NCBI GenBank assembly: GCA_002269645.1
Contig: NIVC01004074.1
Location: 1-61,752 of the forward strand
Length of the DNA: 61,752 nt
Direction: 5' to 3'
DNA from: Macrostomum lignano
Taxonomy: Eukaryota
Shown here: in pieces, positions 12,801-25,700 of the stretch
Layout of the letters: every line of letters begins with the position of its first letter
Numbering within the stretch: position 1 is the stretch's first letter
Notes under the pieces: model-generated
What the model was told of the DNA's origin: nothing
Databases searched by the model: none
The model's input: only the letters and a program-made list of their open reading frames with translations
Position numbers and translations under genes: made by a program

Positions 12801-15662
12801 AACAGTGTCACGCACACAGCGATCAATTGGGCCGGAATGTCATCATATTTACTTTGATACCCACTGAAATCTCCAGTCATTGTCCAAGAAACCGGATCCG
12901 ATTTCTCACGGAATTCTAAATGCTAAAACCAAAAGCCAGCATATACTCGTAAAAGTACTGTTTTAGTTTCGAATCACTTTCCTGCTAAAGAATCGTAGCT
13001 GTACTCGTAAGCATAGTGCAAAATTATGGAGGAAACCATCAGTATAATAGAAAAAAGAAGACAGTACATTCGCACCTGGGAGCCGGGTAAACCTTGCCTG
13101 CATAGCCTCATGGCCTTATTAATTTAATAGGGATTTTGTTGCCCGCTCCCAGGGGAAATTTCTTAGAGGAGACCATCGTAATATCTTTCATTTGGACTTG
13201 ATCAATCATTTCGTTTCATTTTGTTTCTTGGCGAGGCGTCAAGATAATAAAAGCAAAAAGGATAATGAAATTCTGTTTTTGAATCCTTGAACCCGGAGGA
13301 TTTATAAAATTCATAAAGGCACAGCTCCCTTTCCAATGACTAATTTCTCGAAAACATCTCACCATTTCGGATTTGCAATGCTTTTACTCAGCCTCTCACT
13401 AAATTTTCATATTCACTTGGTCTCACCGTCTCATTTGAGCTCGTACCCTCGAATGCACGCTCGAAGCAGCTCAGTAAGTACGTTGTGCGTCGAACTGTAG
13501 CCAGAGAAAGTTTCACCAGAGAGAACTCTTCAGTAATCTTAGTTTTTATTACGAGTATTCCGGAAGCTTCCTCGGGAGGTAACCCAACTTTTTTCCTCGG
13601 GACTAAGCCCAGAATACTCCGTAAAGACTAGTCGCATACGCGGTGCTCCTATTCCATTTCTATGCCCCAATCTGCACGCATTTGGTCCATCTAAAAACTG
13701 TTTATTGCCAGATTCCAGCAAAGGCTGGGACCGCTCCTGTGAATAATATCCGCAGGCAACTTCCTGATCTTTAAATGTTCTTTTTGCTTGAAAATTCTGG
13801 CTTCATTTCAACTAGAAAAGTACTCAGTACTCTGAAGAAACCCTTCTGAACTAAAAGAGGCCTCAATATAGCTCACAATCGGACTTGTGCGGACTAAATC
13901 GAGTTTAGTATAGTTCAATGGAACTAAAGGCTCATTTGAGTTCACAATAGACTTCATATTCCCCCAAGGCAATGCTTGTTCCCGCGTCTGGCCTGAGCCT
14001 AAAGGCAAAAGAATCGCGCATTAAATTGGTTAAATTGACACTCTTTAGCGTAATGGAAAGGCAGTTCATCGAAATTTTCTCATTATAGGTACCGATTCTT
14101 TCCATGATAATGGCCTTTCATCAATCCTAAGTCCTAATACTGTTGTAATTACCATTGAAGGCAAGCCACATCAATTAGTTTTGGGGAGATTAGGCGAGGA
14201 GTCTTAAGTAGGCCTGATGTTTCCTTTCAAACAGCCTTGAAAGAAATTTTTCAAGTCTCGGATGGAAACTTACTCGGCAGGTTATATACAGTGTCGTCTT
14301 TCACTCTTAGCAGATCAAGGTCCAATTCGTAGGCTCCAAAGTTCTCTATCAGGTACTGGCGCACAGTCCTGTTCAGTATGCCTCGCACCTTTTGAATGTC
14401 CTCGAACAGCGGTTGAAACTCCGGCCTGAGGCTGTAGGCGTACCCTCCGTCGGAGCTGGCGCCAGACGGGGGCTCCTGGTTGATGATGTTGCTAATGCCG
14501 AACATCATCTTGTTGCAAACGGTCACATCCGGGTAGACAAACTTGCTGCCCTTTGGGTCCACCTTGGTTGTGATCGGCTCGTCATAATACTTGATCACCA
14601 GGGTGGAAAGGTGTACAGCCAGGCCGCAGAAGGCGCAGGTGATGAGACCCAGCCAGCTCAGCTGGAGGCCTCTGGTCGGCTGGTTGAGCTTGTGAAATCC
14701 GTGGGCAGTTGTGCTGGCAGCGAAGAAGCGCAGAGCATCTTTGCGACGCGTTGGTTGTTCGGAAGAACCGGAGTGACCGTTGTAGGATTGCTGCTGCTGC
14801 TGCTGCTGCTGCTCTCTAGACGACAGCGTCTCACCATTCGGTGTCTCATCACTGGTTAACCTAAGAAATAAGAAAAAACACAATTAAAACAAAAACGGTC
14901 ACAAGTCCAAGTGTTCATAAGTCCAAGCGTTCACAAGTCCAAGCGTTCACAAATCCAAGTGGTCACAAATCTAAGCGGTCACAAATCCAAGCGGTCACAA
15001 GTCCAAGCGGTCACAAGTTCAAACGGTCACAAGTCCAAGTGTTCACAAGTTTAAGCGGTCACAAGTCCAAACGGTCACAAATCCGTCTTTACAAGTCCAA
15101 GCGGTAACAAATCCAAGCGGTCACAAATCTAAGCGGTCACAAGTCCAAGTGTTCACAAATCCAAGCGGTCACAAGTCCAAGTGGTCACAAATCTAAGCGG
15201 TCACAAATCCAAGCGGTCACAAGTCCAAGCGGTCACAAGTTCAAACGGTCACAAGTCCAAGTGTTCACAAGTTTAAGCGGTCACAAGTCCAAACGGTCAC
15301 AAATCCGTCTTTACAAGTCCAAGCGGTAACAAATCCAAGCGGTCACAAATCTAAGCGGTCACAAGTCCAAGTGTTCACAAGTCCAAGCGGTCACAAGTCC
15401 AAGTGTTCACAAGTCCAAGCTGTCACAAGTCCAAGCGGTCACAAGTCCAAGCGGTCACAAGTCCAAGCTATCACTAAATAGTTTAACTGGTTGGTATTCA
15501 GAAGTGCTTAAAATATCTTGAACAACTTGTCCATTTTATGACATCACTAAGTAGTCTGTATGCTTCTTTCACGTACTGTCAAGACACAACAACAAAAGTG
15601 ATAGGATCACCTTACCCAGCATCATTTTGCTGTTGATTCTGGTGATTTTGCCTCTCCTGCAT
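9895..15662 (-). CDS. DEG/ENaC (amiloride-sensitive) channel subunit, 708 aa. Exons 15616-15662, 14274-14860, 11593-12011, 10862-11165, 9895-10664.
   Basis: Five exons sum to 2127 nt with consistent phases. N-terminal HG motif (STTAHGF), TM1, YPDVTVCN, LRCSF...C, SCLSF, VFVHEPG, pre-TM2 LLSDIGGILGLYLGMSLLTLCE with GxS filter, TAA at 9895-9897. First exon inferred from ATG at 15662 and a GTAAGG donor in matching phase 2. Confidence 0.9.
11478..12655. repeat. Pair of identical 51-bp direct repeats (11478-11528 and 12605-12655) flanking ENaC exon 3
   Basis: GTTTGTGTCTGTGGTAGTATTCGATAGTTTTTCCATCCCTAGTATTCAGTA occurs twice. Confidence 0.9.
14895..15468. repeat. Minisatellite, 16-bp unit CAAGTCCAAGCGGTCA, with a 222-bp higher-order duplication (ENaC intron 1)
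   Basis: Direct reading; variant ATCCGTCTTTACAAG recurs at 15081 and 15303. Confidence 0.95.
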
Positions 15663-16230
15663 GGTTAGTTTTCAGAAAGCGCCACTTCGAGCTAATGGCT
15701 AAGGAATGAAGAATTTCTCAGTTAACACTCGTTAAGCTTAGGCCACAGCTTATGGAGAGAACTAAACAGGCATTCCAGAAAGTTCCATGCACCGATTTCG
15801 CTAGCGTCTGTCTGTCTGCACGCATATTTTATTAGAAATCCCATTTTGAGCGAAGACGTCTTTTCCCAAATGCTGTCCCAGTCCAATGGGAAGCTGGATG
15901 AAAGCCACCGGGGTGAGTCGCATCCGCAGTCAGCCCTGATTTGCCCCCTGCAGCGGCTGTCCTATTAAGTGCAGAGTTCAGTCCCCCTCCCTTCTCCTCG
16001 GCAAATGTGAGCAATGAAAAACCCTATTGTGTTGGTTTCTGGCTAGTAAATTAGTTTTATGCAGCTGCGCACTAATGGTCTGGTCCACTACAATCAACCA
16101 AGGAGGCCCAGAACCAGAACCTGGAGTAGACGCTCCTCCCCAAATCCTAAAATCTCAGATAACTGTAGGCTGACTGCAGAGCTTCAGTTCATAATAGCCG
16201 ATCAATAAGCCATCAACTAAGCCATAAAAC

Positions 16231-19200
16231 CCGATCAAGCTGATAAATAGCCAATCCAGCTGATGAAATGCCAATCAAGTTGATAAATAGCCAATCAAGC
16301 TGATGAAATGCCAATCAAGTTGATAAATAGTCAATCAAGCTGATAAAAAGCCAATTAAGCTGATAAAAAGCCAATCAAGCTGATGAAATGCCAATCAAGC
16401 CGATAAATAGCCAATCAAGCTGATAAATAGCCAATCAAGCTGATGAAATGCCAATCAAGCCGATAAAGAGCCAATCAAGCTGATAAAGAGTCAATCAAGC
16501 TGATAAAGAGCCAATCAAGCTGATGAAATGCCAATCAAGCTGATAAAAAGTCAATCAAGCTGATAAAGAGCCAATCAAGCTGATAAAAAGTCAATCAAGC
16601 TGATAAAGAGCCAATCAATCTGATAAATAGTCAATCAAGCTGATAAAAAGCCAATCAAGCTGATAAATAGCCAATCAAGCTGATAAATAGCCAATCAAGC
16701 TGATAAAATGCCGATCAAGCTGATAAAAAGCCAATCAAGCTGATAAATAGTCAATCAAGCTGATAAAGAGCCAATAAAACTGATAAAGAGCCAATCAAGC
16801 TGATAAATAGTCAATCAAGCTGATAAATAGTCAATCAAGCTGATTAAGAGCCAATCAAGCTGATAAAAAGCCAGTCGAGCTGATAAGAAGCCAGTCAAGC
16901 TGATAAAGAGCCAATCAAGCTGATAAAGAGCCAATCAAGCTGATAAAGAGCCAATCAAGCTGATGAAACGCCAGTCAAGCTGATAAATAGTCAATCAAGC
17001 AGATGAAATGCCAGTCAAGCTGATAAAAAGCCAATCAAGTTGATAAAGAGCCAATCAATCTGATAAAGAGCCAATCAAGCTGATAAATAGCCAATCAAGC
17101 TGATAAATAGCCAATCAAGCTGATAAATAGCCAATCAAGCTGATAAATAGTCAATCAAGCTGATAAATAGCCAATCAAGCTGATAAATAGCCAATCAAGC
17201 TGATAAAAAGCCAATCAAGCTGATAAATAGTCAATCAAGCTGATAAATAGCCAATCAAGCTGATAAATAGTCAATCAATCTGATAAATAGTCAGTCAAGC
17301 TGATAAATAGCCAATCAAGCTGATAAATAGTCAATCAAGCTGATAAATAGCCAATCAAGCTGATAAATAGCCAATCAAGCTGATAAATAGCCAATCAAGC
17401 TGATAAATAGTCAATCAAGCTGATAAATAGCCAATCAAGCTGATAAATAGCCAATCAAGCTGATAAATAGCCAATCAAGCTGATAAATAGCCAATCAAGC
17501 TGATAAATAGCCAATCAAGCTGATAAATAGCCAATCAAGCTGATAAATAGTCAATCAAGCTGATAAATAGCCAATCAAGCTGATAAATAGCCAATCAAGC
17601 TGATAAATAGCCAATCAAGCTGATAAATAGTCAATCAAGCTGATAAATAGCCAATCAAGCTGATAAATAGCCAATCAAGCTGATAAATAGTCAATCAAGC
17701 TGATAAATAGTCAATCAAGCTGATAAATAGCCAATCAAGCTGATAAATAGCCAATCAAGCTGATAAATAGCCAATCAAGCTGATAAATAGTCAATCAAGC
17801 TGATAAATAGCCAATCAAGCTGATAAATAGCCAATCAAGCTGATAAATAGCCAATCAAGCTGATAAATAGTCAATCAAGCTGATAAATAGCCAATCAAGC
17901 TGATAAATAGTCAATCAATCTGATAAATAGTCAGTCAAGCTGATAAATAGCCAATCAAGCTGATAAATAGTCAATCAAGCTGATAAATAGCCAATCAAGC
18001 TGATAAATAGCCAATCAAGCTGATAAATAGCCAATCAAGCTGATAAATAGTCAATCAAGCTGATAAATAGCCAATCAAGCTGATAAATAGCCAATCAAGC
18101 TGATAAATAGCCAATCAAGCTGATAAATAGCCAATCAAGCTGATAAATAGTCAATCAAGCTGATAAATAGCCAATCAAGCTGATAAATAGCCAATCAAGC
18201 TGATAAATAGCCAATCAATCTGATAAAGAGCAATCAAGCTGATAAATAGCCAATCAAGCTGATAAATAGCCAATCAAGCTGATAAAGAGCCAATCAAGCT
18301 GATAAATAGCCAATCAATCTGATAAAAAGCCAATCAATCTGATAAATAGCCAATCAAGCTGATAAATAGCCAATCAAGCTGATAAATAGTCAATCAAGCT
18401 GATAAATAGCCAATCAAGCTGATAAATAGCCAATCAAGCTGATAAATAGCCAATCAAGCTGATAAATAGCCAATCAAGCTGATAAATAGTCAATCAAGCT
18501 GATAAATAGCCAATCAAGCTGATAAATAGCCAATCAAGCTGATAAATAGCCAATCAATCTGATAAAGAGCAATCAAGCTGATAAATAGCCAATCAAGCTG
18601 ATAAATAGCCAATCAAGCTGATAAAGAGCCAATCAAGCTGATAAATAGCCAATCAATCTGATAAATAGCCAATCAATCTGATAAATAGCCAATCAAGCTG
18701 ATAAATAGCCAATCAAGCTGATAAATAGCCAATCAAGCTGATAAAGAGCCAATCAAGCTGATAAATAGCCAATCAAGCTGATAAAGAGCCAATCAAGCTG
18801 ATAAATAGCCAATCAAGCTGATAAATAGTCAATCAAGCCGATAAATAGTCAATCAAGCTGATAAATAGCCAATCAATCTGATAAATAGCCAATCAAGCTG
18901 ATAAATAGCCAATCAAGCTGATAAAGAGCCAATCAAGCTGATAAATAGCCAATCAAGCTGATAAAGAGCTAATCAAGCTGATAAATAGCCAATCAATCTG
19001 ATAAATAGCCAATCAATCTGATAAATAGCCAATCAAGCTGATAAATAGCCAATCAAGCTGATAAAGAGCCAATCAAGCTGATAAATAGTCAATCAAGCTG
19101 ATAAAGAGCCAATCAAGCTGATAAATAGCCAATCAAGCTGATAAAGAGCCAATCAAGCTGATAAATAGTCAATCAAGCTGATAAAGAGCAATAAAGTTGA

Positions 19201-21453
19201 TAAATAGCCAATCAAGCTGATAAATAGCCAATCAAGCTGATAAATAGCCAATCAAGCTGATAAATAGCCAATCAAGCTGATAAAAAGCCAATCAAGCTGA
19301 CAAATAGCCAATCAAGCTGATAAATAGCCAATCAAGCTGATAAATAGCCAATCAAGCTGATAAATAGCCAATCAAGCTGATAAAGAGCCAATCAAGCTGA
19401 TAAAAAGCCAATCAAGCTGACAAATAGCCAATCAAGCTGATAAATAGCCAATCAAGCTGATAAATAGCCAATCAAGCTGATAAATAGCCAATCAAGCTGA
19501 TAAATAGCCAATCAAGCTGATAAAGAGCCAATCAAGCTGATAAATAGCCAATCAATCTGATAAATAGCCAATCAATCTGATAAATAGCCAATCAAGCTGA
19601 TAAATAGCCAATCAAGCTGATAAATAGCCAATCAAGCTGATAAATAGTCAATCAAGCTGATAAATAGCCAATCAAGCTGATAAAGAGCCAATCAAGCTGA
19701 TAAATAGCCAATCAAGCTGATAAATAGTCAATCAAGCCGATAAATAGTCAATCAAGCTGATAAATAGCCAATCAAGCTGATAAATAGCCAATCAAGCTGA
19801 TAAATAGCCAATCAAGCTGATAAATAGTCAATCAAGCTGATAAATAGCCAATCAAGCTGATAAATAGCCAATCAATCTGATAAATAGCCAATCAAGCTGA
19901 TAAATAGCCAATCAAGCTGATAAAGAGCCAATCAAGCTGATAAATAGCCAATCAAGCTGATAAAGAGCCAATCAAGCTGATAAAGAGCCAATCAATCTGA
20001 TAAATAGCCAATCAAGCTGATAAATAGCCAATCAAGCTGATAAATAGCCAATCAATCTGATAAATAGCCAATCAAGCTGATAAATAGCCAATCAAGCTGA
20101 TAAAGAGCCAATCAAGCTGATAAATAGCCAATCAAGCTGATAAAGAGCCAATCAAGCTGATAAATAGCCAATCAATCTGATAAATAGCCAATCAATCTGA
20201 TAAATAGCCAATCAAGCTGATAAATAGCCAATCAAGCTGATAAAGAGCCAATCAAGCTGATAAATAGCCAATCAAGCTGATAAATAGCCAATCAATCTGA
20301 TAAATAGCCAATCAAGCTGATAAATAGCCAATCAAGCTGATAAAGAGCCAATCAAGCTGATAAATAGCCAATCAAGCTGATAAAGAGCCAATCAAGCTGA
20401 TAAATAGCCAATCAATCTGATAAATAGCCAATCAATCTGATAAATAGCCAATCAAGCTGATAAATAGCCAATCAAGCTGATAAAGAGCCAATCAAGCTGA
20501 TAAATAGTCAATCAAGCTGATAAAGAGCCAATCAAGCTGATAAATAGCCAATCAAGCTGATAAAGAGCCAATCAAGCTGATAAATAGTCAATCAAGCTGA
20601 TAAAGAGCCAATCAAGCTGATAAATAGCCAATCAAGCTGATAAATAGCCAATCAAGCTGATAAATAGTCAATCAAGCTGATAAATAGTCAATCAAGCTGA
20701 TAAATAGCCAATCAAGCTGATAAATAGCCAATCAAGCTGATAAATAGCCAATCAAGCTGATAAATAGCCAATCAAGCTGATAAAAAGCCAATCAAGCTGA
20801 CAAATAGCCAATCAAGCTGATAAATAGCCAATCAAGCTGATAAATAGCCAATCAAGCTGATAAATAGCCAATCAAGCTGATAAAGAGCCAATCAAGCTGA
20901 TAAAAAGCCAATCAAGCTGACAAATAGCCAATCAAGCTGATAAATAGCCAATCAAGCTGATAAATAGCCAATCAAGCTGATAAATAGCCAATCAAGCTGA
21001 TAAATAGTCAATCAAGCTGATAAATAGCCAATCAAGCTGATAAAGAGCCAATAAATCTGATAAAGAGCCAATCAAGCTGATAAAAAGCCAATCAAGCTGA
21101 TAAAGAGCCAATAAATCTGATAAAGAGTCAATCAAGCTGATAAAGAGCCAATCAAGCTGATAAAGAGCCAATAAATCTGATAAAGAGTCAATCAAGCTGA
21201 TAAAGAGCCATAAAGTTGATAAAGAGTCAATAAAGCTGATATAGAGTCAATCAAGCTGATAAATAGCCAATCAAGCTGATAAATAGCCAATCAAGCTGAC
21301 AAATAGTCAATCAAGCTGATAAATAGCCAATCAAGCTGATAAATAGCCAATCAAGCTGACAAATAGCCAATCAAGCTGATAAATAGCCAATCAAGCTGAT
21401 AAATAGTCAATCAAGCTGATAAAGAGCCAATCAAGCTGACAAATAGCCAGTCA
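16231..21453. repeat. Satellite array, 20-bp unit CCAATCAAGCTGATAAATAG, about 260 copies
   Basis: Direct reading; homogeneous centre and degenerate edges. Confidence 0.98.
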
Positions 21454-22359
21454 GTTCGTGAGACTAATTGCATTCAGGGTTCATCTATTGTTTCTGTGGC
21501 ATCATCTAGGCAGAAAAGTTGTCAAATCCTTTCGATTGTTTTCGATTGCCCCACCAACTATTTGGTTTGTTGGTTAACTTTGCAGTTCGCACTTTACTGA
21601 TTGATTACAGAGATTTAATTAGTAACCTAATAAATAGCTTCTGTCCCCTGCCGGGCTCCATGACAGGAGTGTCACTCAAAAAAATAGCACAAATCGAAGA
21701 GGAAGCCTAGAGTGCGCTTGGCTGCACAAGAAAATACATCTGCTCCGTAGCAATACAATAGCTAGCCTAGAAAAATTCCATTAGCATAATAACTAATAAC
21801 TATCTCATCTATCTGACTTTGTAGTTTTCTGTCTGAACCTCATTCTTCAAAAGGCAATTATCTGATGGACGCAAATCCTTTCTAATCTTTTTATTCAGTG
21901 AGAAGCTTGTGAGCAATATGCGATCAGTTTTCTGAATGGTGGCGGGCATAGACACAGTATACGCTCGGTGTATTGACCGAACTGTATTAGAGGGGGGGGG
22001 GTGGGTAGCTGGTCTGCCCAGCAAGACTCATGCACAAAGCGCAAAACAATCAATAATGCTTCACCCGTCTCTGTCTCGGTTGTAAGTCAGGACTGGCTGC
22101 GGGCTGAAATGTAGTCCAGGGGACTCAGGGAGTGACTCAAGCCAGTGTGAGATAAGCTTTTACTTCAATTTACTAATAACTCGGTAAGTTACTAATAATT
22201 TTACTTGGAAAGAATCGCTTTGCAAGTAAAACAGCCTCGCTGAACTTGAAAAGCCAATTTTGTTCTTCTCGGATCTGGATTCTTAGAGCATCCTACTTGT
22301 GAGTACGAGTTGCACATCGAAATTTTCTGGAATGCCATGATGCAGCTCAATCTATACTG

Positions 22360-22680
22360 ATAGCCACAAATATCCACAGAGAAAGCATTGTAACCACAAA
22401 TATCCACAGAGAAAGCATTGTAACCACAAATATCCACAGAGAAAGCATTGTAACCACAAATATCCACAGAGAAAGCATTGTAGCCACAAATATCCACAGA
22501 GAAAGCATTTTAGCCACAAGTATCCACAGAGAAAGCATTGCAGCCACAGATATCCACAGAGAAAGCATTGTAGCCACAAATATCAACGGAGAGGGCATTG
22601 TAACCACAAATATCCACAGAGAAAGCATTGTAATCACAAATATCCACAGAGAAAGCATTGGAGGCACAGATATCCACGGA
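22360..22680. repeat. Minisatellite, 30-bp unit GAAAGCATTGTAACCACAAATATCCACAGA, about 10 copies
   Basis: Direct reading. Confidence 0.95.
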
Positions 22681-22713
22681 TATCTTACAGCATTATATTA
22701 CAATCAGCAGGCA

Positions 22714-25700
22714 ATGCGACAAGAACAGAGGCTGCTAGCGGCCCTGCTCACGGTAGCCGTTCTCCTGCTGTTGTACTTCGGCTTGAGTAGGCGATCAACT
22801 CGAACGCCAGTTGTGTCGGAGGGGCTCAAAAAGTCAAAGCCGGTGGCGCCGGGCAGTCAGCGAGACGAATCTAGCGTGCTCATCAGCACGGAGCTGTACA
22901 CCATGCGCCAGGTGAATGCTTCGATTAAGCACAATGACGTACCACTGCGCTTAAGCCTAGTGGCCGTGGAACCAAGAAAGCACATCCAAGCCAAGGTGCC
23001 CTCGGTGCTGCTGCTGCACGGACACGAACAGTCGGCCATGATGTGGGAGAAGATCGGCACCCTGCAGGTGCTGGGCGACACGGGGCACAAGGCCTACGCT
23101 ATTGATCTTCCTGGTGAGAGTTGAACCAGTGTCAGTAATTTCTTACTCAATGCTGTCTTCGGCAGTATCAGAAAGCGACGGTGAATGTCCAATGGTGCCA
23201 CTTCCTCGGAAATGAGGAATTCAATCACTAATCTTTGTCGCTTTAATAATTGGGGATTTATGTTACGAGTATGTTTAGGGTTAGGTTCAGCTTTGTAGCA
23301 GTCAATTTTTTAGTGATCGAATAATGGCAGTTGGGGCAGTCAAATGTCTTGGATTTCAATCTTTACTCAACCACCACCTTTCCAGTCCCTTAATAATATT
23401 TCATAAGCTTGCATAAATAAACATTGGCACGAGGGCTGCGGGCACCCTGGCGCAAAGCCTTCGGCGACATCGTCCCACAACCAGATGAGACCGGAAAATT
23501 TGACCGGCACAATTTGACCGGGATATTTGGGACCAACAATCTGATCGCCCTATTTTTCTGCCGCGAGAGTGATTATTCTTTCAAACTGAATACGCTAGCT
23601 GTTATGTTTTTCGAGACTTTTTGAGGAAGTGACATTAAAAATGCATACTGACTACTATACTATACTCAGAGTTTTTTGAGCAAGATCTTCTGTTCTACCA
23701 GAAGATTTTCTGGTAGAAATCCCTTAGATTCCATCCCTTAGAAATATACTGTAGACTTTACAAATAGTACAGATTGTACAAAGTACAAATAGACTGTAAA
23801 GTTTTAATTTTGAAGTGCCGTAAATGGTGCGGTAAAAGTATAATTTTGTACCCTTTCTGAGCATCGCATCTTTTTTCCTGCTTTGGTTCAGGGGCAAGGG
23901 AAAAATGAAATGAATCAGCCAGAGGTCTTTATTGCATAAAAATTCCAATGAATATGAATGAAAATTACAGTCAAAATAAGTAAAACTGTCTGTGAAATTG
24001 TCGGCGGCGAAAGCCAATGGCTGGAAATGTTTGAGTAGGTGGGGTCTGATCTGGCTTTATATGCCAATCTTCTAAATAAACATTGGTTTACCAAGCATTG
24101 CCTGGCCGTTGATTGATATTCCATGCATACTACTACAGCAACCAAATTAGTAGTAACGTGTAAATATAAATTTTATTTTTTAATGAATTTAACCGACTAT
24201 CGACTAACCTTCAGGTTCAACTAAATTAGCTGATTAAACTATAAAGTTCAAAGTTATATCCACATTCCACCTGCTTGAGTGTCATGTTGCTAATTGGGAA
24301 ATTTTGAGATAGAAAAATCTATAAAAACGGATTAGTCATTCCTTGAATTTCCAATGGTGTATTGGACAGGATTATAAGGTAAAATTTTGAAAAGAATAGA
24401 CGCGAAAATCTAAACTAAAATGAATATATTATAGCCAATATAGCCAATGTAGAGTAGCCAGTGTAGCCAATGTAGAGTAGCCAGTGTAGCCAATGTAGAG
24501 TAGCCAATATAGCCAATGTAGAGTAGCCAATATAGCCAATGTAGAGTAGCCAATATAGCCAATGTCAATAGCCAATGTAGCCAATGTCAATAGCCAATAT
24601 AGCCAATGTCAATAGCCAATATAGCCAATGTCAACAGCCAATGTAGCCAATGTAGAGTAGCCAATGTAGCCAATGTAGAGTAGCCAGTGTATCCAATGTA
24701 GAGTAGCCAGTGTATCCAATGTAGAGTAGCCAGTGTAGCCAATGTAGAGTAGCCAGTGTAGCCAATGTAGAGTAGCCAGTGTAGCCAATGTAGAGTAGCC
24801 AATGTAGCCAATGTAGAGTAGCCAGTGTATCCAATGTAGAGTAGCCAGTGTATCCAATGTAGAGTAGCCAGTGTAGCCAATGTAGAGTAGCCAATATAGC
24901 CAATGTAGAGTAGCCAATATAGCCAATGTAGAGTAGCCAATATAGCCAATGTAGAGTAGCCAATATAGCCAATGTCAATAGCCAATGTAGCCAATGTCAA
25001 TAGCCAATATAGCCAATGTCAATAGCCAATATAGCCAATGTCAACAGCCAATGTAGCCAATGTAGAGTAGCCAATGTAGAGTAGCCAGTGTATCCAATGT
25101 AGAGTAGCCAGTGTATCCAATGTAGAGTAGCCAGTGTAGCCAATGTAGAGTAGCCAGTGTAGCCAATGTAGAGTAGCCAATGTAGCCAATGTAGAGTAGC
25201 CAGTGTATCCAATGTAGAGTAGCCAGTGTAGCCAATGTAGAGTAGCCAATATAGCCAATGTAGAGTAGCCAATATAGCCAATGTAGAGTAGCCAATATAG
25301 CCAATGTAGAGTAGCCAATATAGCCAATGTCAATAGCCAATGTAGCCAATGTCAATAGCCAATATAGCCAATGTCAATAGCCAATATAGCCAATGTCAAC
25401 AGCCAATGTAGCCAATGTAGAGTAGCCAATGTAGCCAATTTAGAGTAGCCAATATAGCCAATGTAGAGTAGCCAATATAGCCAATGTAGAGTAGCCAATA
25501 TAGCCAATGTAGAGTAGCCAATATAGCCAATGTCAATAGCCAATGTAGCCAATGTCAATAGCCAATATAGCCAATGTCAATAGCCAATATAGCCAATGTC
25601 AATAGCCAATATAGCCAATGTCAATAGCCAATATAGCCAATGTCAATAGCCAATATGGCCAATGTAGAGTAGCCACTGGCTGCACCAAAATACGGTTATA

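Noticed and set aside
23270-23295. TTTAGGGTTAGG as a telomeric or telomerase-related signal
   Set aside because: Only about two units; common in ordinary repeat fragments.
23693-23718. Perfect 11-bp hairpin TTCTACCAGAA-GATT-TTCTGGTAGAA as a Helitron end or heat-shock element
   Set aside because: No CTRR terminus at the expected distance, and the GAA/TTC spacing is not HSE-like.
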